A DNA stretch of 64,000 bases from Myxococcota bacterium (GTDB lineage Bacteria > Myxococcota_A > Bradymonadia > UBA7976 > UBA1532), in assembly GCA_036337435.1 (NCBI GenBank), contig JAYZEG010000033.1, positions 1,916 to 65,915 of the forward strand, given 5' to 3'. The notes under the pieces were generated by a model. It was not told where the DNA came from. It made no database searches and saw only the letters and a program-made list of their open reading frames with translations. Every line of letters begins with the position of its first letter. Positions within the stretch are counted from its first letter, which is position 1. The position numbers were made by a program, and so were the translations under genes. Positions 38,701 to 47,257 of the stretch are shown one piece after another.

Positions 38701-39914
38701 AGCCACAGAATATCAGAGAGGGGCAACTGTTGACATTTGACGTGCTTGTCAGTGCCCCAGTCATCGGCCCCGGTCAATTCGATGAAATCGATGTCACAAC
38801 CGTCGAAAGTCCGCCCGGTGCTGACGTTGAGTACATTCAAGAAGAGGCTGACATTCGCGTCAGGTTTACTTGGCAACCGACCTATTATGATTCGGGATAC
38901 CATCGCCTATGGCTCCGAGCCAATAGCTCGGAGGCAGAGCGACTTCGCATCATTGACATCAATGTTGACGATGCTGGTGTACCGCGACTTGCCGCGTTAA
39001 GCGGCAGTCCATCCCGCGCTGTCATCACCTTTTATGATTACGAACGGGGTCTGCGGTCAGTGGTTCTGAGGTCCAACGCTGAAATTGAGCTTGGCTTAGG
39101 CGTTGGCAGCTTCTGCGCGTCGCAAGACGGACGCTATGTTTGGGCGACTGTACCGGGTTCAAATAGAGTGGCTGTCGTTTCGACGGCAGACTCGGGTGAA
39201 CTGGTTCGTCGGATTCCCGTCGGCGCTATGCCAAGCGCGGTTGCCTACGGCGATGACCACATTTGGGTGACCAATCGCCTCGACTCAAGCCTTTCAGTCA
39301 TCAATGCCGCCTCGATGAAGGTCGTCACAACATTGGCTCTCGATGGTCTGAGCCAACCCAGCGACTTGGCCTGGTTGCCCGGTGCCGACGGTGTTGCTGC
39401 GCAGCTGCTTGTCGTCTCAGCGTCAGGTCACCTGGCGGTTATCGATCCAGAGCAAGTGCTCATCGGGGGGTTGAATCCGATTCTATCCACGCGACAGGTG
39501 GGTGGCATTCTCGACCGAATCGTTATCGATGCAGACCATGATGCGGTGTTTATATCCGACTCGAAGACCCGACGGGTGTACCGAATCGTGGCATCGAGTG
39601 TGACTGATGAAAATGCAAACGTCGAAGGCATTCCCTTGTCTTTCGCAGCGCGAGATCTCCATGCGAGCGGTGGTCGTCTATGGGCAGCGACCGAGACGAG
39701 TTTAATCGAATGGAGCGATGGGACAACCGAGTCCAATGATTTGATTCGAGCAAGAGCACTGACAGAGGTCGTCGAGCAAGCCGTACCTGGAGGTGCCCTC
39801 GGCGTGGCGACAGGCAATCGTGTCGAGAACTACGATGCCGAAGACATGTCACGTATCACCGATGCAGCCGGCAATAATGTCAGACGGATCTTGACACTGG
39901 TTGCGCCAAGGTAA
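35751..39914 (+). CDS. Giant secreted protein: Cys-rich repeats, six PKD domains, an Ig-like domain and a C-terminal YVTN-type beta-propeller (1387 aa)
   Basis: Signal peptide MVRYIIFFLVSLWIGQSQA. Six W-x-F/W-G-D-G PKD cores. The C-terminal repeats (VWATVPGSNRVAVVS, IWVTNRLDSSLSVINAAS, LLVVSASGHLAVIDPE) resemble YVTN/NHL beta-propeller blades. Confidence 0.85.
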   Translation: MVRYIIFFLVSLWIGQSQAGVPEHWVNIVSPNAGECVNNGPETFTGGIIGGEAQAPARDVPLVFQAYSVDGEPLTLTFLTEWTEIAPNGQAVERNEMYQIVLSVPADEVVETDGYPIPGFFVNDGDNVRLTIRAEHPTFGPTETEVVFDLDREAPVVVMNPDSIANAQSECAAEPADFNYQVSDNRTPQEEIVSDIRVERDGCVVRRIISVRDNCGDGNAQELELLSEAPADADSIDLEIRGFRCTIEGCVTEGANAQQFEDGARVSMPTFVPVINAPNGCASNVEAVVMRADEQVATCPETPPVLTGAAGDECAGDADCSGAQTCVNGFCAEPAECQNNADCRGARICKEDGCVSPCSPLEGGRVFEDAGDYIARLRVSSCGGNPVETNMTVTVLEKPIAVAGGNLENGDYEVRQGEPLILDGSTSFAAPEVGGIVEYAWDLNGDGFYNVDNEVFGGDQPTVEFDTLISGEFRRRLRVTAGNGTSAYVWFNITVLDVDPVCDAGGPYVVFEGEALELDGSGSAAGHEADPIQSYAWDFGDGFRPQTGATLRRPLHIYRDASDEPLTVTLTVSDPDSQSQCTAQVIVNDVQPQLDGVNILNPQSAIEGELMRFEANAQPGSQSDPLTYFAWTFGLPGAGVEGEAQRTAEYTYMDNGSYQVCVTVQDEDSNVSDCAELEIADLEPFASMTGPERAVQGEELTFDASNTQAGGLADPLTMLVWNWGDGSNLETVQLGNNIPNQFLGTHTYAEDGVYTVTLRVVDEDSAAIVTQVVTVEDAQPEAQFEISYPGLERTIPEGVDLLFNSAGSRAGSATDPIEAFVWDFGDGTTRTLEPNQTGVTYNWADEGAYEVRLTVRDDDGSESSLMRIVEVTNRAPIVQLQADSNQVAIGENILFVALSGDVPAGDGARVVALVDDVEGDLPPALVRWEMGDGSVIESGSHRYAFNSLGQKTVRVTVDDGDGGTTEAEIVLNVTPAAPSIEALEPQNIREGQLLTFDVLVSAPVIGPGQFDEIDVTTVESPPGADVEYIQEEADIRVRFTWQPTYYDSGYHRLWLRANSSEAERLRIIDINVDDAGVPRLAALSGSPSRAVITFYDYERGLRSVVLRSNAEIELGLGVGSFCASQDGRYVWATVPGSNRVAVVSTADSGELVRRIPVGAMPSAVAYGDDHIWVTNRLDSSLSVINAASMKVVTTLALDGLSQPSDLAWLPGADGVAAQLLVVSASGHLAVIDPEQVLIGGLNPILSTRQVGGILDRIVIDADHDAVFISDSKTRRVYRIVASSVTDENANVEGIPLSFAARDLHASGGRLWAATETSLIEWSDGTTESNDLIRARALTEVVEQAVPGGALGVATGNRVENYDAEDMSRITDAAGNNVRRILTLVAPR
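36934..38680 (+). repeat. Coding array of six tandem PKD-type domains
   Basis: Cores YAWDLNGDG, YAWDFGDG, FAWTFGLPG, VWNWGDGS, VWDFGDGT and VRWEMGDGS, spaced about 85-95 aa apart. Boundaries are approximate. Confidence 0.8.
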
Positions 39915-39953
39915 TGATTACGCGTGTGGACGCAGAAACTGTAATACAGAGAA

Positions 39954-42900
39954 ATGGGTGAACAAAAAGGGGTTCTCTTGAATACTTTAATTGGTCATAT
40001 CGGAAGATTTTTTCTCGCGATGGCATGCGCCATCGCATTGGGTGCGTGTTCGGACGAAACCCCTGGTCAGCCCGTAACTGGTACTGGCGGTACAGGTGGT
40101 GTTGGCGGCATGGGCGCAAGCGGTGGTACTGGCGGGGATGCCGGCGATGGCGGCGGCGGGGGCGACATGCTCTGCGTAAATAACGGACAATGTCCTGAAG
40201 GTCAGTACTGCGAACTCGACGGCGGTCGGGTTGGTAATTGCTTACCAGGGTGTCGCGATGACGAGGAATGCGGCGATGGTCAGGTCTGTAATCCTGATTC
40301 ACACATGTGTGAGGACGAGCCCTGCGAAATCGATTCAGATTGCCCGGGCAGTGACCAGTACTGTAACGATGGCGCATGCGTAGAGGGCTGCAGAAGCACC
40401 GAAGAATCCTGTAATGAACTCGACGAGGTAGGCCGGAGTAGTATTTGTGACTTGGACACTCGTCTTTGCGTACCCCTCTACGCCTGCTGCACAGGCGTCG
40501 ATATGTGTCAGGTGGAACTGCAGGCGACCTGTGAGGCCAATGGTGGTGTGGCTCTTGAAGGAGCAGCCGACTGTAGTTCCAATCCCTGCGGCGTCGAATG
40601 CGTAGAAGACTCCGATTGCGGGGCGGATGTGACCCGGTTCTGCTCTGTGGCCGACGGTCGCTGCCAAGATGGCTGCCGACTCGATGAACCTGGGAGTTGC
40701 GAAGATGGTCAAGTGTGTGACCCAAATTCTCACCAGTGTATTGATCTGCTTTGCGGCAGTAATAATGACTGCCCAGACGACCGATACTGCGACCTACGAG
40801 ATGGCCGAGGCCTCTGTCTGCCAGGTTGCCGAGATGACGATGGTTGTGATGATGGGCTGAGCTGCAATGACAATCTCTGTGTTCGAGTTTGTGACCCGTC
40901 TGATGCGGACGCATGCGGCGAAGGTCAATTTTGTAATCCGGATACGGAACAATGCGAAGAGGCCTGCCAAGAACACGCAGATTGCGAAGAAGGCCGCTTC
41001 TGCGATGCTCAATCCGGCGCATGCCTACCGGGCTGTCGAGATGACGAAGGAGAAGGCGGTGAGCCAAACGATACGCAAGCGACCGCAACAGTATTGACGC
41101 TCGACCCACCGGATGCCAATGGCCGTCGATACGGATCTGTGGAAGGCCGCGTACTCTGTGACAACAACCAAGATGTCATCCGGATTGATGTACCAGCGGG
41201 TGCACGACTTCGCGTGGATGTAACCTTCGACCAGGGTACACCGAACTTCACTTTGGACGGCAACAGCGGGAACTGTGGCGATGACAGCAACTGCGCAGAA
41301 GCACTCGAGTGGACCTGCGAAGACAGAGTCTGTGTGGGACCAACCCAAGAAGCCCGCGGGCGAGACCAATTTGCTGCAATCGAGTATCCGGCCATCGGTG
41401 AATTGGTTCAAGACGTGGCCAGCTATTACGTCACAATTGCACCAACCAATCAGCGCATTACGTACCGTGTCGACGTTGTTGTCGTCGATGCCGCAACCGG
41501 TTGTATTCCGGACATCCGCGAGCGCGCTGGCGACAATAACGCGGGGAGCGCAACAGAAATTGAATCGGGCTTTGCCGACACCATCCGAGGCGTAATTTGC
41601 CCTGAGGATGAAGATTGGTTCCGAATCTCTCTTGACCCAAATGACGGTCTTTCAATGACTTTGAGAAGTCTCGACGGTACAGCGATCGATGCCTACTTCT
41701 ACCCAGCCGGTGCAAACCGCGCTGACCCAGTTCTGAGAGCGGCTGAAGACAGCAACCGGCAAGATTATCCTCAGGGTGAGAGCAGTTTTGTACCTGGTGG
41801 CGATTGGTTTGTCGTCTTAACGGGCCGTGCACCTGATGAATCCGGCGCCTATGAATTGGATGTCCTCCATTCACCGAGCGTGGTTGATTGCGGCGGTGGT
41901 GACCAAGGCGACTCGGTCGCAACCGGCGAGGCCATTGACGTTGAGGTCGACATGGAAACTGAACTAACAGACCTGGCCATTTGTAACGCAGATGGAGCCG
42001 ACGTGGACATGTTCTGCTTCAATGTCGAGGCTGACGAAATGATTACAGCAGCGGCTGTCATGACAGGACCGGATGCGCAAGCAGGCCGCCTACGAATTCA
42101 AGTCGTTAATGCCCAGGGCGAAATCGTGAGCAATGATGCCGTCAACACAGTCGGGGACGAGCGTTTGTATGCGCGTGTCATTGGCACTGAGCAAGGCCAA
42201 TACTGTGTTCGTGTGGAAGGCATCAATCGAAGCCAAGGCAGTTATGACCTATTCGTCGGTCGTAGCGGCGATATGGGCGGTATGTGTGGACTTGATTTCA
42301 CGGAGAATAATGGCCCACGAAACGACAGAGCCAGCATGGCAACCCTTCTCGAGTCAGACGACGGTCAGTATTCGTTTGATGAAGGCTACTTGTGCGACCC
42401 AGGCGTGCCCGATGAAGATTGGTACCGCTTCGACATCGAGCAGGCAAACTCCTCGGTCTGCGTAACGGTCGGTGGATTCAGTGCCGACCGCGCAGATATC
42501 GATGTTGGCATTTTCCCGGCGACAGGAAACGCCATGGGTCCCAATTGTACTCAAGGTGGCCAAGCATTCTGTGACCGCTCAGGCGGTGGTGCCTGCATCC
42601 CAGGCGCAGGGGGACAGTTTTTCTGCACGCCCGCTCTCGAAAGAGAGGCGACTAATTACGACTCAGAGGTCATCTCGATTCGACGAAATATCTTCAGGGA
42701 CCGCGAAGGAGAGTACCTCGCACGGATTCACCATAACGATATGAACGAAGGTCCATATCAGCTGAACATAACGGTGATTCCGCCTTCTGATATCTGTGAA
42801 GATGATGCCTACGAACCAAACAATGCTGTTGGGGATGAAACCTTCTTGGGCAGCGGTGAAGTCTCGGTCTGCGACGCTTGGATTTGTGAAGACGAGCAGA

Positions 42901-43361
42901 TTAATGGCGACCGCTACACAATCGACGTGCCTGCCGGGCAAGATCGAACTGTCCTTGTCAATTATTCGGACTTGGTCGAAGGCCGCCTGTTCATGGGCGC
43001 AGTCGATAGTGCTTTGGGCGAAGACGCGGCTGTCGCTGGAGTGGAAAGTGGCATTCTGGCTGGCGGTAACCAATGTATCAACATTCGGGGTGGTGCAGAG
43101 AATAAGCGAGTGACTCTATCGGTCGTTCAAGCAGAACGGGCGCCAGCCAACGATCTGGGCCGAACGGATTATCTGCTCCGCGTTGTGCCAACGGACCTGG
43201 CCAATGAGCCCGGAGGCGAGTGCGTGCAATTGGGTGCAGTCGACTTGAGCAGTGCAGAATTTCCAAACGGCGTCTGCCCACCACGGGCCGACTGGCCGGT
43301 CAACGACATTCTCGGCATTGCCATTCAACCCAACGGGTGTTGGCCTGTCCTCGACCTATAG
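39954..43361 (+). CDS. Giant secreted lipoprotein: Cys-rich repeats plus multiple PPC-like domains (1135 aa); same architecture as 32676-35549
   Basis: Lipobox ALGAC followed by a Gly-rich linker. Repeated CLPGCRDD...C...GQxC units are followed by PPC-like cores (GEPNDTQATATVL; CPEDEDWFRISL; VPDEDWYRFDI; DAYEPNNAVGDE...INGDRYTIDV). Confidence 0.85.
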   Translation: MGEQKGVLLNTLIGHIGRFFLAMACAIALGACSDETPGQPVTGTGGTGGVGGMGASGGTGGDAGDGGGGGDMLCVNNGQCPEGQYCELDGGRVGNCLPGCRDDEECGDGQVCNPDSHMCEDEPCEIDSDCPGSDQYCNDGACVEGCRSTEESCNELDEVGRSSICDLDTRLCVPLYACCTGVDMCQVELQATCEANGGVALEGAADCSSNPCGVECVEDSDCGADVTRFCSVADGRCQDGCRLDEPGSCEDGQVCDPNSHQCIDLLCGSNNDCPDDRYCDLRDGRGLCLPGCRDDDGCDDGLSCNDNLCVRVCDPSDADACGEGQFCNPDTEQCEEACQEHADCEEGRFCDAQSGACLPGCRDDEGEGGEPNDTQATATVLTLDPPDANGRRYGSVEGRVLCDNNQDVIRIDVPAGARLRVDVTFDQGTPNFTLDGNSGNCGDDSNCAEALEWTCEDRVCVGPTQEARGRDQFAAIEYPAIGELVQDVASYYVTIAPTNQRITYRVDVVVVDAATGCIPDIRERAGDNNAGSATEIESGFADTIRGVICPEDEDWFRISLDPNDGLSMTLRSLDGTAIDAYFYPAGANRADPVLRAAEDSNRQDYPQGESSFVPGGDWFVVLTGRAPDESGAYELDVLHSPSVVDCGGGDQGDSVATGEAIDVEVDMETELTDLAICNADGADVDMFCFNVEADEMITAAAVMTGPDAQAGRLRIQVVNAQGEIVSNDAVNTVGDERLYARVIGTEQGQYCVRVEGINRSQGSYDLFVGRSGDMGGMCGLDFTENNGPRNDRASMATLLESDDGQYSFDEGYLCDPGVPDEDWYRFDIEQANSSVCVTVGGFSADRADIDVGIFPATGNAMGPNCTQGGQAFCDRSGGGACIPGAGGQFFCTPALEREATNYDSEVISIRRNIFRDREGEYLARIHHNDMNEGPYQLNITVIPPSDICEDDAYEPNNAVGDETFLGSGEVSVCDAWICEDEQINGDRYTIDVPAGQDRTVLVNYSDLVEGRLFMGAVDSALGEDAAVAGVESGILAGGNQCINIRGGAENKRVTLSVVQAERAPANDLGRTDYLLRVVPTDLANEPGGECVQLGAVDLSSAEFPNGVCPPRADWPVNDILGIAIQPNGCWPVLDL
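40167..41045 (+). repeat. Coding array of cysteine-rich repeats (within the 1135-aa CDS)
   Basis: Units such as CVNNGQCPEGQYC, CLPGCRDDEECGDGQVCNPDSHMC, CEIDSDCPGSDQYCNDGAC, CLPGCRDDDGCDDGLSC and CQEHADCEEGRFCDAQSGAC. Coordinates are approximate. Confidence 0.75.
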
Positions 43362-43376
43362 ACGTCACCGCTCAAC

Positions 43377-43416
43377 GCAGTGATTCGAGTGCAACCAGAC
43401 AAACTCGAATCACTGC
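43377..43416 (+). terminator. Perfect 14-bp stem / 12-nt loop hairpin 16 nt after the stop of the 1135-aa gene (no U-tract)
   Basis: GCAGTGATTCGAGT-gcaaccagacaa-ACTCGAATCACTGC, read directly. It is followed by C-rich sequence rather than a T-run. Confidence 0.45.
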
Positions 43417-43575
43417 CCGTCCGCCCCGCAAGAATCCCCCGTAAGACGCAACCATGATTCGGTGTTTATTCTGAATATTTGTTTAAATTGAACGATTGTT
43501 ATCGTCAGCCGGTTGCCGCTGAAGGCCGCCAATAGTAACGTCTGTCTATTGATCGTGATTTACAGGGGGCAGAGA

Positions 43576-44067
43576 GTGACAACCTATGAACGCTCGGCAG
43601 GCATCATTCCGTTTCGGCGACTAGACGATAAAATAGAGTTTCTACTTCTACACAGTCAGATGGTCAGAAATCCCGACGCTGCCTGGGAATTTCCAAAAGG
43701 CGGGATTGAGGACGGCGAAGAAGAGCATGAAACGGCACTGAGAGAAGTCCGTGAAGAAACCTGTATGGTTGATGTTTCCCTGCTGCCCGATTTTCGAGAT
43801 CAAGTAAAATACCAGTACCGCCGTAATGGCCAAAATATCGAGAAAACTGTCATCTTCTTCATGGGTGAAGTTCAAGACTGGGATTCTATTCCGGAGGCAG
43901 CACCGTCAAGAGAGCACAACCACCATCCCGAAGAAGGCATCTGGTTTCGCTGGGGTAGTGAAAAAGAAACCTCGGGCAAATTATTCCACCCGGGCATGCG
44001 CAGCCTCCTAGGACGGGCATCATTTTTCCTACACGAACATGACCGAATTAAAGGTGATGTCGGTTAA
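43576..44067 (+). CDS. Nudix hydrolase, Ap4A-hydrolase (NUDT2)-like
   Basis: Nudix box GGIEDGEEEHETALREVREETC. The context AGIIPFRR...IEFLLL...WEFPKG resembles asymmetric Ap4A hydrolases. Start is probably GTG at 43576; the ORF is open from 43513. Confidence 0.8.
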   Translation: MTTYERSAGIIPFRRLDDKIEFLLLHSQMVRNPDAAWEFPKGGIEDGEEEHETALREVREETCMVDVSLLPDFRDQVKYQYRRNGQNIEKTVIFFMGEVQDWDSIPEAAPSREHNHHPEEGIWFRWGSEKETSGKLFHPGMRSLLGRASFFLHEHDRIKGDVG

Positions 44068-44072
44068 ACGGT

Positions 44073-44327
44073 CTACTCGACAGTGCCCTGGATTAACTCG
44101 TCAGCCGCTGCACTCACTGCATCCATATCCGGCGCTGTCACCAACAGTGGGCCCAAAGCACCTAAGCTGTGGGCTGGGAGCGACGCCAGCTGTGTTTTGA
44201 GACCATTGGGCAATCGCTCGGCAAAGCGGTGTTCCAGAATTTGAATTAACAGGTCTCGCTGGCCCTGCACATACCCTTGTGCGAGCAACATGGCCTGATC
44301 TTTCACGTCAAGTGTTTGCGCCATCAT
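44073..44327 (-). CDS. Small stand-alone DUF4351-like protein (84 aa)
   Basis: QGQRDLLIQILEHRFAERLPNGLKTQLASLPAHSLGALGPLLV resembles, from memory, the C-terminal DUF4351 module of Rpn/PD-(D/E)XK transposase-like proteins. No nuclease domain is present. Confidence 0.45.
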   Translation of the reverse strand: MMAQTLDVKDQAMLLAQGYVQGQRDLLIQILEHRFAERLPNGLKTQLASLPAHSLGALGPLLVTAPDMDAVSAAADELIQGTVE

Positions 44328-44538
44328 GAATGTCTATCCCCCTCAATCGCATGCGTTGTAGCACGCCTCCAACCCCATATTATCGAATTTAAGCTCAATA
44401 ATATTTATCAAAATAAGATGAGGTACCCTCAGATGGTCAAAAAACGCCCAAGCTACCACTTAAACATTTGTAATCATTGACTATAAGTAATTCCTGGGGC
44501 AAGTGAACATAAGTTCAAAGTCTCTGTCACTCGGCGCT

Positions 44539-45381
44539 TTATGACCGTTCCGTCTCGACCCGTGAAAACTCTGCGGCCGACTTGGTTAATCGGGCTTGCT
44601 GACGAACCTCAGGGTGGCTGTCTTGTAAACAAGGCAGCAAAATGGCTCCATCCAATTTGAATGCCCCATCGCGTATGCCGATAAGACCCGCGCACCGGAC
44701 GCCCGGATTTGAATCTTGCAAGGCAAGGAGACAATGTTCTCTTGCCCTCGCTGCACCAATCGCCACAAGCGCCCTGATGGCAAACACTCGAATGTGCGGA
44801 TCGGGGTCGAGTACACACGCGTCGAGGGTCGATTCAATTTCTTTACCCGAGCCATGAGCCAGGCCACGAAGTGCCTGAATGCGTACGGCGGAATCGGGAT
44901 CGTCACACGCCGTCAACAGAAACGCGAGGTCCAACGGTGTATTTAGCCGGATGAGTGCTTGCAAGCTTGCTCCCCTCACCTGACCGCATGAGTCATGGAG
45001 TGCCCAACGGCTCAAATCGTCAACCGACCCTTGGTCGCCTAGCCAGCCCAACGCCCTTGCAATGGACGCTCTTACGACCGGTGAAGATTCGTCGGCCATA
45101 GAAGCTCGGAGCATGGATGCACTCGCCATCTGACCGCAAAGTGCCAAACTCGACGCCGTCCACCTGCGGACAGCCGGTTCTTGATCGTTGAGCATCGGCA
45201 GTAAGAGGGCTGCAACAGTGGGCTTACGTAGCCACCCCAAAGCTCGAACAGCCGCGATGCGCACTTGCACCTGTTCACTTTTAAGCGCCCGCACCAACGT
45301 CGGGATATTGTCGGCGTCGCGCGTGAGTCCAAGGTCTATCAGTTCATCGGCATAAGGTCTGTCGGTGCCGCGCGTTGTCAC
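44539..45381 (-). CDS. HEAT-repeat (PBS-lyase-type) protein, 280 aa
   Basis: Repeated xxVRxxAxxALGxL units (VQVRIAAVRALGWL, PAVRRWTASSLAL, VVRASIARALGWLG, SAVRIQALRGLA, HIRVFAIRALV). The GTG start overlaps the upstream stop by 1 nt. Confidence 0.8.
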   Translation of the reverse strand: MTTRGTDRPYADELIDLGLTRDADNIPTLVRALKSEQVQVRIAAVRALGWLRKPTVAALLLPMLNDQEPAVRRWTASSLALCGQMASASMLRASMADESSPVVRASIARALGWLGDQGSVDDLSRWALHDSCGQVRGASLQALIRLNTPLDLAFLLTACDDPDSAVRIQALRGLAHGSGKEIESTLDACVLDPDPHIRVFAIRALVAIGAARAREHCLLALQDSNPGVRCAGLIGIRDGAFKLDGAILLPCLQDSHPEVRQQARLTKSAAEFSRVETERS

Positions 45382-46226
45382 TAGGTCCCCTCACCTTCAG
45401 AAACCCAATGATCGGCCCTGCGAATAATTCGATTCCGCTGCGTCCCAGACGGGCGATAATCGCGATCGCCCGGCAAAATGAGGTGCAACTCGTCGTCAAC
45501 GAAGAGGGCTTGTGGGGCAATGGCAGTGTGGCAGCCCTGGGCGGGTCTCTGTAGGGCAGACCAATCTCGGTTCACCGTCTCCAAAATGCGTAATGTGGGC
45601 GGAGCCAATTGTATCTTTTTTTGTTGGTATAGGGCCAATGCATCACCTGGCTCTAACCAGACGCCATCACTGGTCTCGAGCTGGTCAGATTCGGGCCATT
45701 GAGTCGGCGGCAACTCGGCGACAAAGAAACGTGCATCAAATCGCCTTTTTTCGATGTCCGGTGTGATCCAGCGACTGAAATAAGACAAGCGGCTTAAATC
45801 GAGGGTGAGTTGGTATCGCTGTACAATGTCTTGAAACCCAATGTCTGAACGGTTGAGCGCATCGCGGCAGGGTCCAAAGATCTCTCGTCCCAGCGGTGTT
45901 TCAGCATCGATTGGATGACCGTCCCGATTCGCAAATAAGATCCCGGCCTCTTCGTAGGTTTCACGCGCTGCCGCAATATAGTGAGATAAAGCGGGCAGCG
46001 TATAGACCTGAGGCACCGCGGCCGGACGGACAATATGCGGCGTCCACGATGGGCTCGTATCACTCTCATCGACCCGGCCTCCGGGAAAAACCATCACATT
46101 GGGCATAAAGGCGGACTTGGTATGGCGACGAACCATAAACAGCTGTCGTCGAGGCTGCTCTCGGAAAATGAGAATGGTTGCGGCTTCTCGGATTGGACTG
46201 CCTTGATTCGAATTCACAGTATCCAC
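45381..46226 (-). CDS. Nudix-family hydrolase with an atypical (interrupted) Nudix box
   Basis: FPGGRVDESD ... AARETYEEAGILFA. The G-x5-E and RE-x2-EE-x-G halves are separated by an insertion. GTG start. Confidence 0.65.
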   Translation of the reverse strand: MDTVNSNQGSPIREAATILIFREQPRRQLFMVRRHTKSAFMPNVMVFPGGRVDESDTSPSWTPHIVRPAAVPQVYTLPALSHYIAAARETYEEAGILFANRDGHPIDAETPLGREIFGPCRDALNRSDIGFQDIVQRYQLTLDLSRLSYFSRWITPDIEKRRFDARFFVAELPPTQWPESDQLETSDGVWLEPGDALALYQQKKIQLAPPTLRILETVNRDWSALQRPAQGCHTAIAPQALFVDDELHLILPGDRDYRPSGTQRNRIIRRADHWVSEGEGT

Positions 46227-46246
46227 GATGGCTTTGTCTATGCCCC

Positions 46247-47179
46247 TTATTGTGTTTTCAAAATTCGCTTTTCGAGTGCACCACCGGCGAGCATCCAGTG
46301 CTCCTGTTCAGCAGAACGATACTTGAGGACAGCCAAGCCAATGGACCCGTCAGCACCGGCACTCTTGCAACTCGTGATGCGGCCAATGACGCGGCTATCG
46401 TGAGATATTTCTTGCCCTATTTTCAATTCGAATTTTGCTTTTACAGGCACCAATTTCATAGACGGCCGGCCAAGGGCGATGGTGCGTTCGATGACTTCTT
46501 GGCCAGGGTAGCAGCCTTTACCATCGGTGATTCCATCAAGTGCACCGATGTCCAGTGGAGTGTAGGTTTCCGCAAATTCATTTGGTGCCGACGGCAGCCC
46601 TTGCAAAACACGTTCATATTCCAGGCGCCTGAGCTCAACGTCAGGCTGACCGACATTTTTTAGTTCGGTTAATATGGGATCGGGCTCGTCAAACAAAGGC
46701 AGGACCATATAGACAGGCAGACCATACCGCCCTGTCTTGACCACTCGGTAAGACCGAGCATCGAATCGACAGGTTTTCGCGGCATAATGCAGGTCGGTCA
46801 TCTCGCCGATATCCAGTGGCGCCAGTGATGGGTGGTCGGCTGCGCCGATGACAAAGTAAGCCTTTTCCAAATCTACAGGTTGAAGATCGAAATCTTCGCC
46901 GAAATGATACATATCGAGTAGGCCGATTAAGGTCTCCGCCTGGGTTGTATGACAGCTGACAATAAAGGCATCTGAATCGAGACGATAACATTCAAAACCA
47001 ACCTGAATCTTGCCCCGTGCCGACAAAATAAATGCTCGCGAGCCGTGTCCGTCATCAAGCGCGTCGACAGCATAGCTGGCCAAACGAGCGAGGAAGCTGC
47101 CCGTGTCGGCCCCGGCTGCATAAAAATAAACCCAATTCGGTCCGCTTTCTAAAAGCATCATCGCACCAACTCCACCCAT
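46247..47179 (-). CDS. ygfZ: Folate-binding YgfZ/GcvT-like protein
   Basis: The YgfZ signature KGCYPGQE within DGITDGKGCYPGQEVIERT, and a GcvT-like fold length of about 310 aa. Confidence 0.8.
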   Translation of the reverse strand: MGGVGAMMLLESGPNWVYFYAAGADTGSFLARLASYAVDALDDGHGSRAFILSARGKIQVGFECYRLDSDAFIVSCHTTQAETLIGLLDMYHFGEDFDLQPVDLEKAYFVIGAADHPSLAPLDIGEMTDLHYAAKTCRFDARSYRVVKTGRYGLPVYMVLPLFDEPDPILTELKNVGQPDVELRRLEYERVLQGLPSAPNEFAETYTPLDIGALDGITDGKGCYPGQEVIERTIALGRPSMKLVPVKAKFELKIGQEISHDSRVIGRITSCKSAGADGSIGLAVLKYRSAEQEHWMLAGGALEKRILKTQ

Positions 47180-47257
47180 CTCACCTTATCGAGACGGCCT
47201 CTACTCCACTTGACCACACCGGCCATGACCCTCAACCTTCCCTGTCTGACGATCATG

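Noticed and set aside
39880-41109. 409-aa ORF on the minus strand, antisense to the 1135-aa Cys-rich lipoprotein gene
   Set aside because: Its translation is extremely Arg/His/Pro/Ser-rich with no domain-like sequence. It lies wholly inside the Cys-rich repeat region, where the GC-rich periodic codons keep antisense frames open. The sense-strand protein has clear signal, repeat and domain structure.
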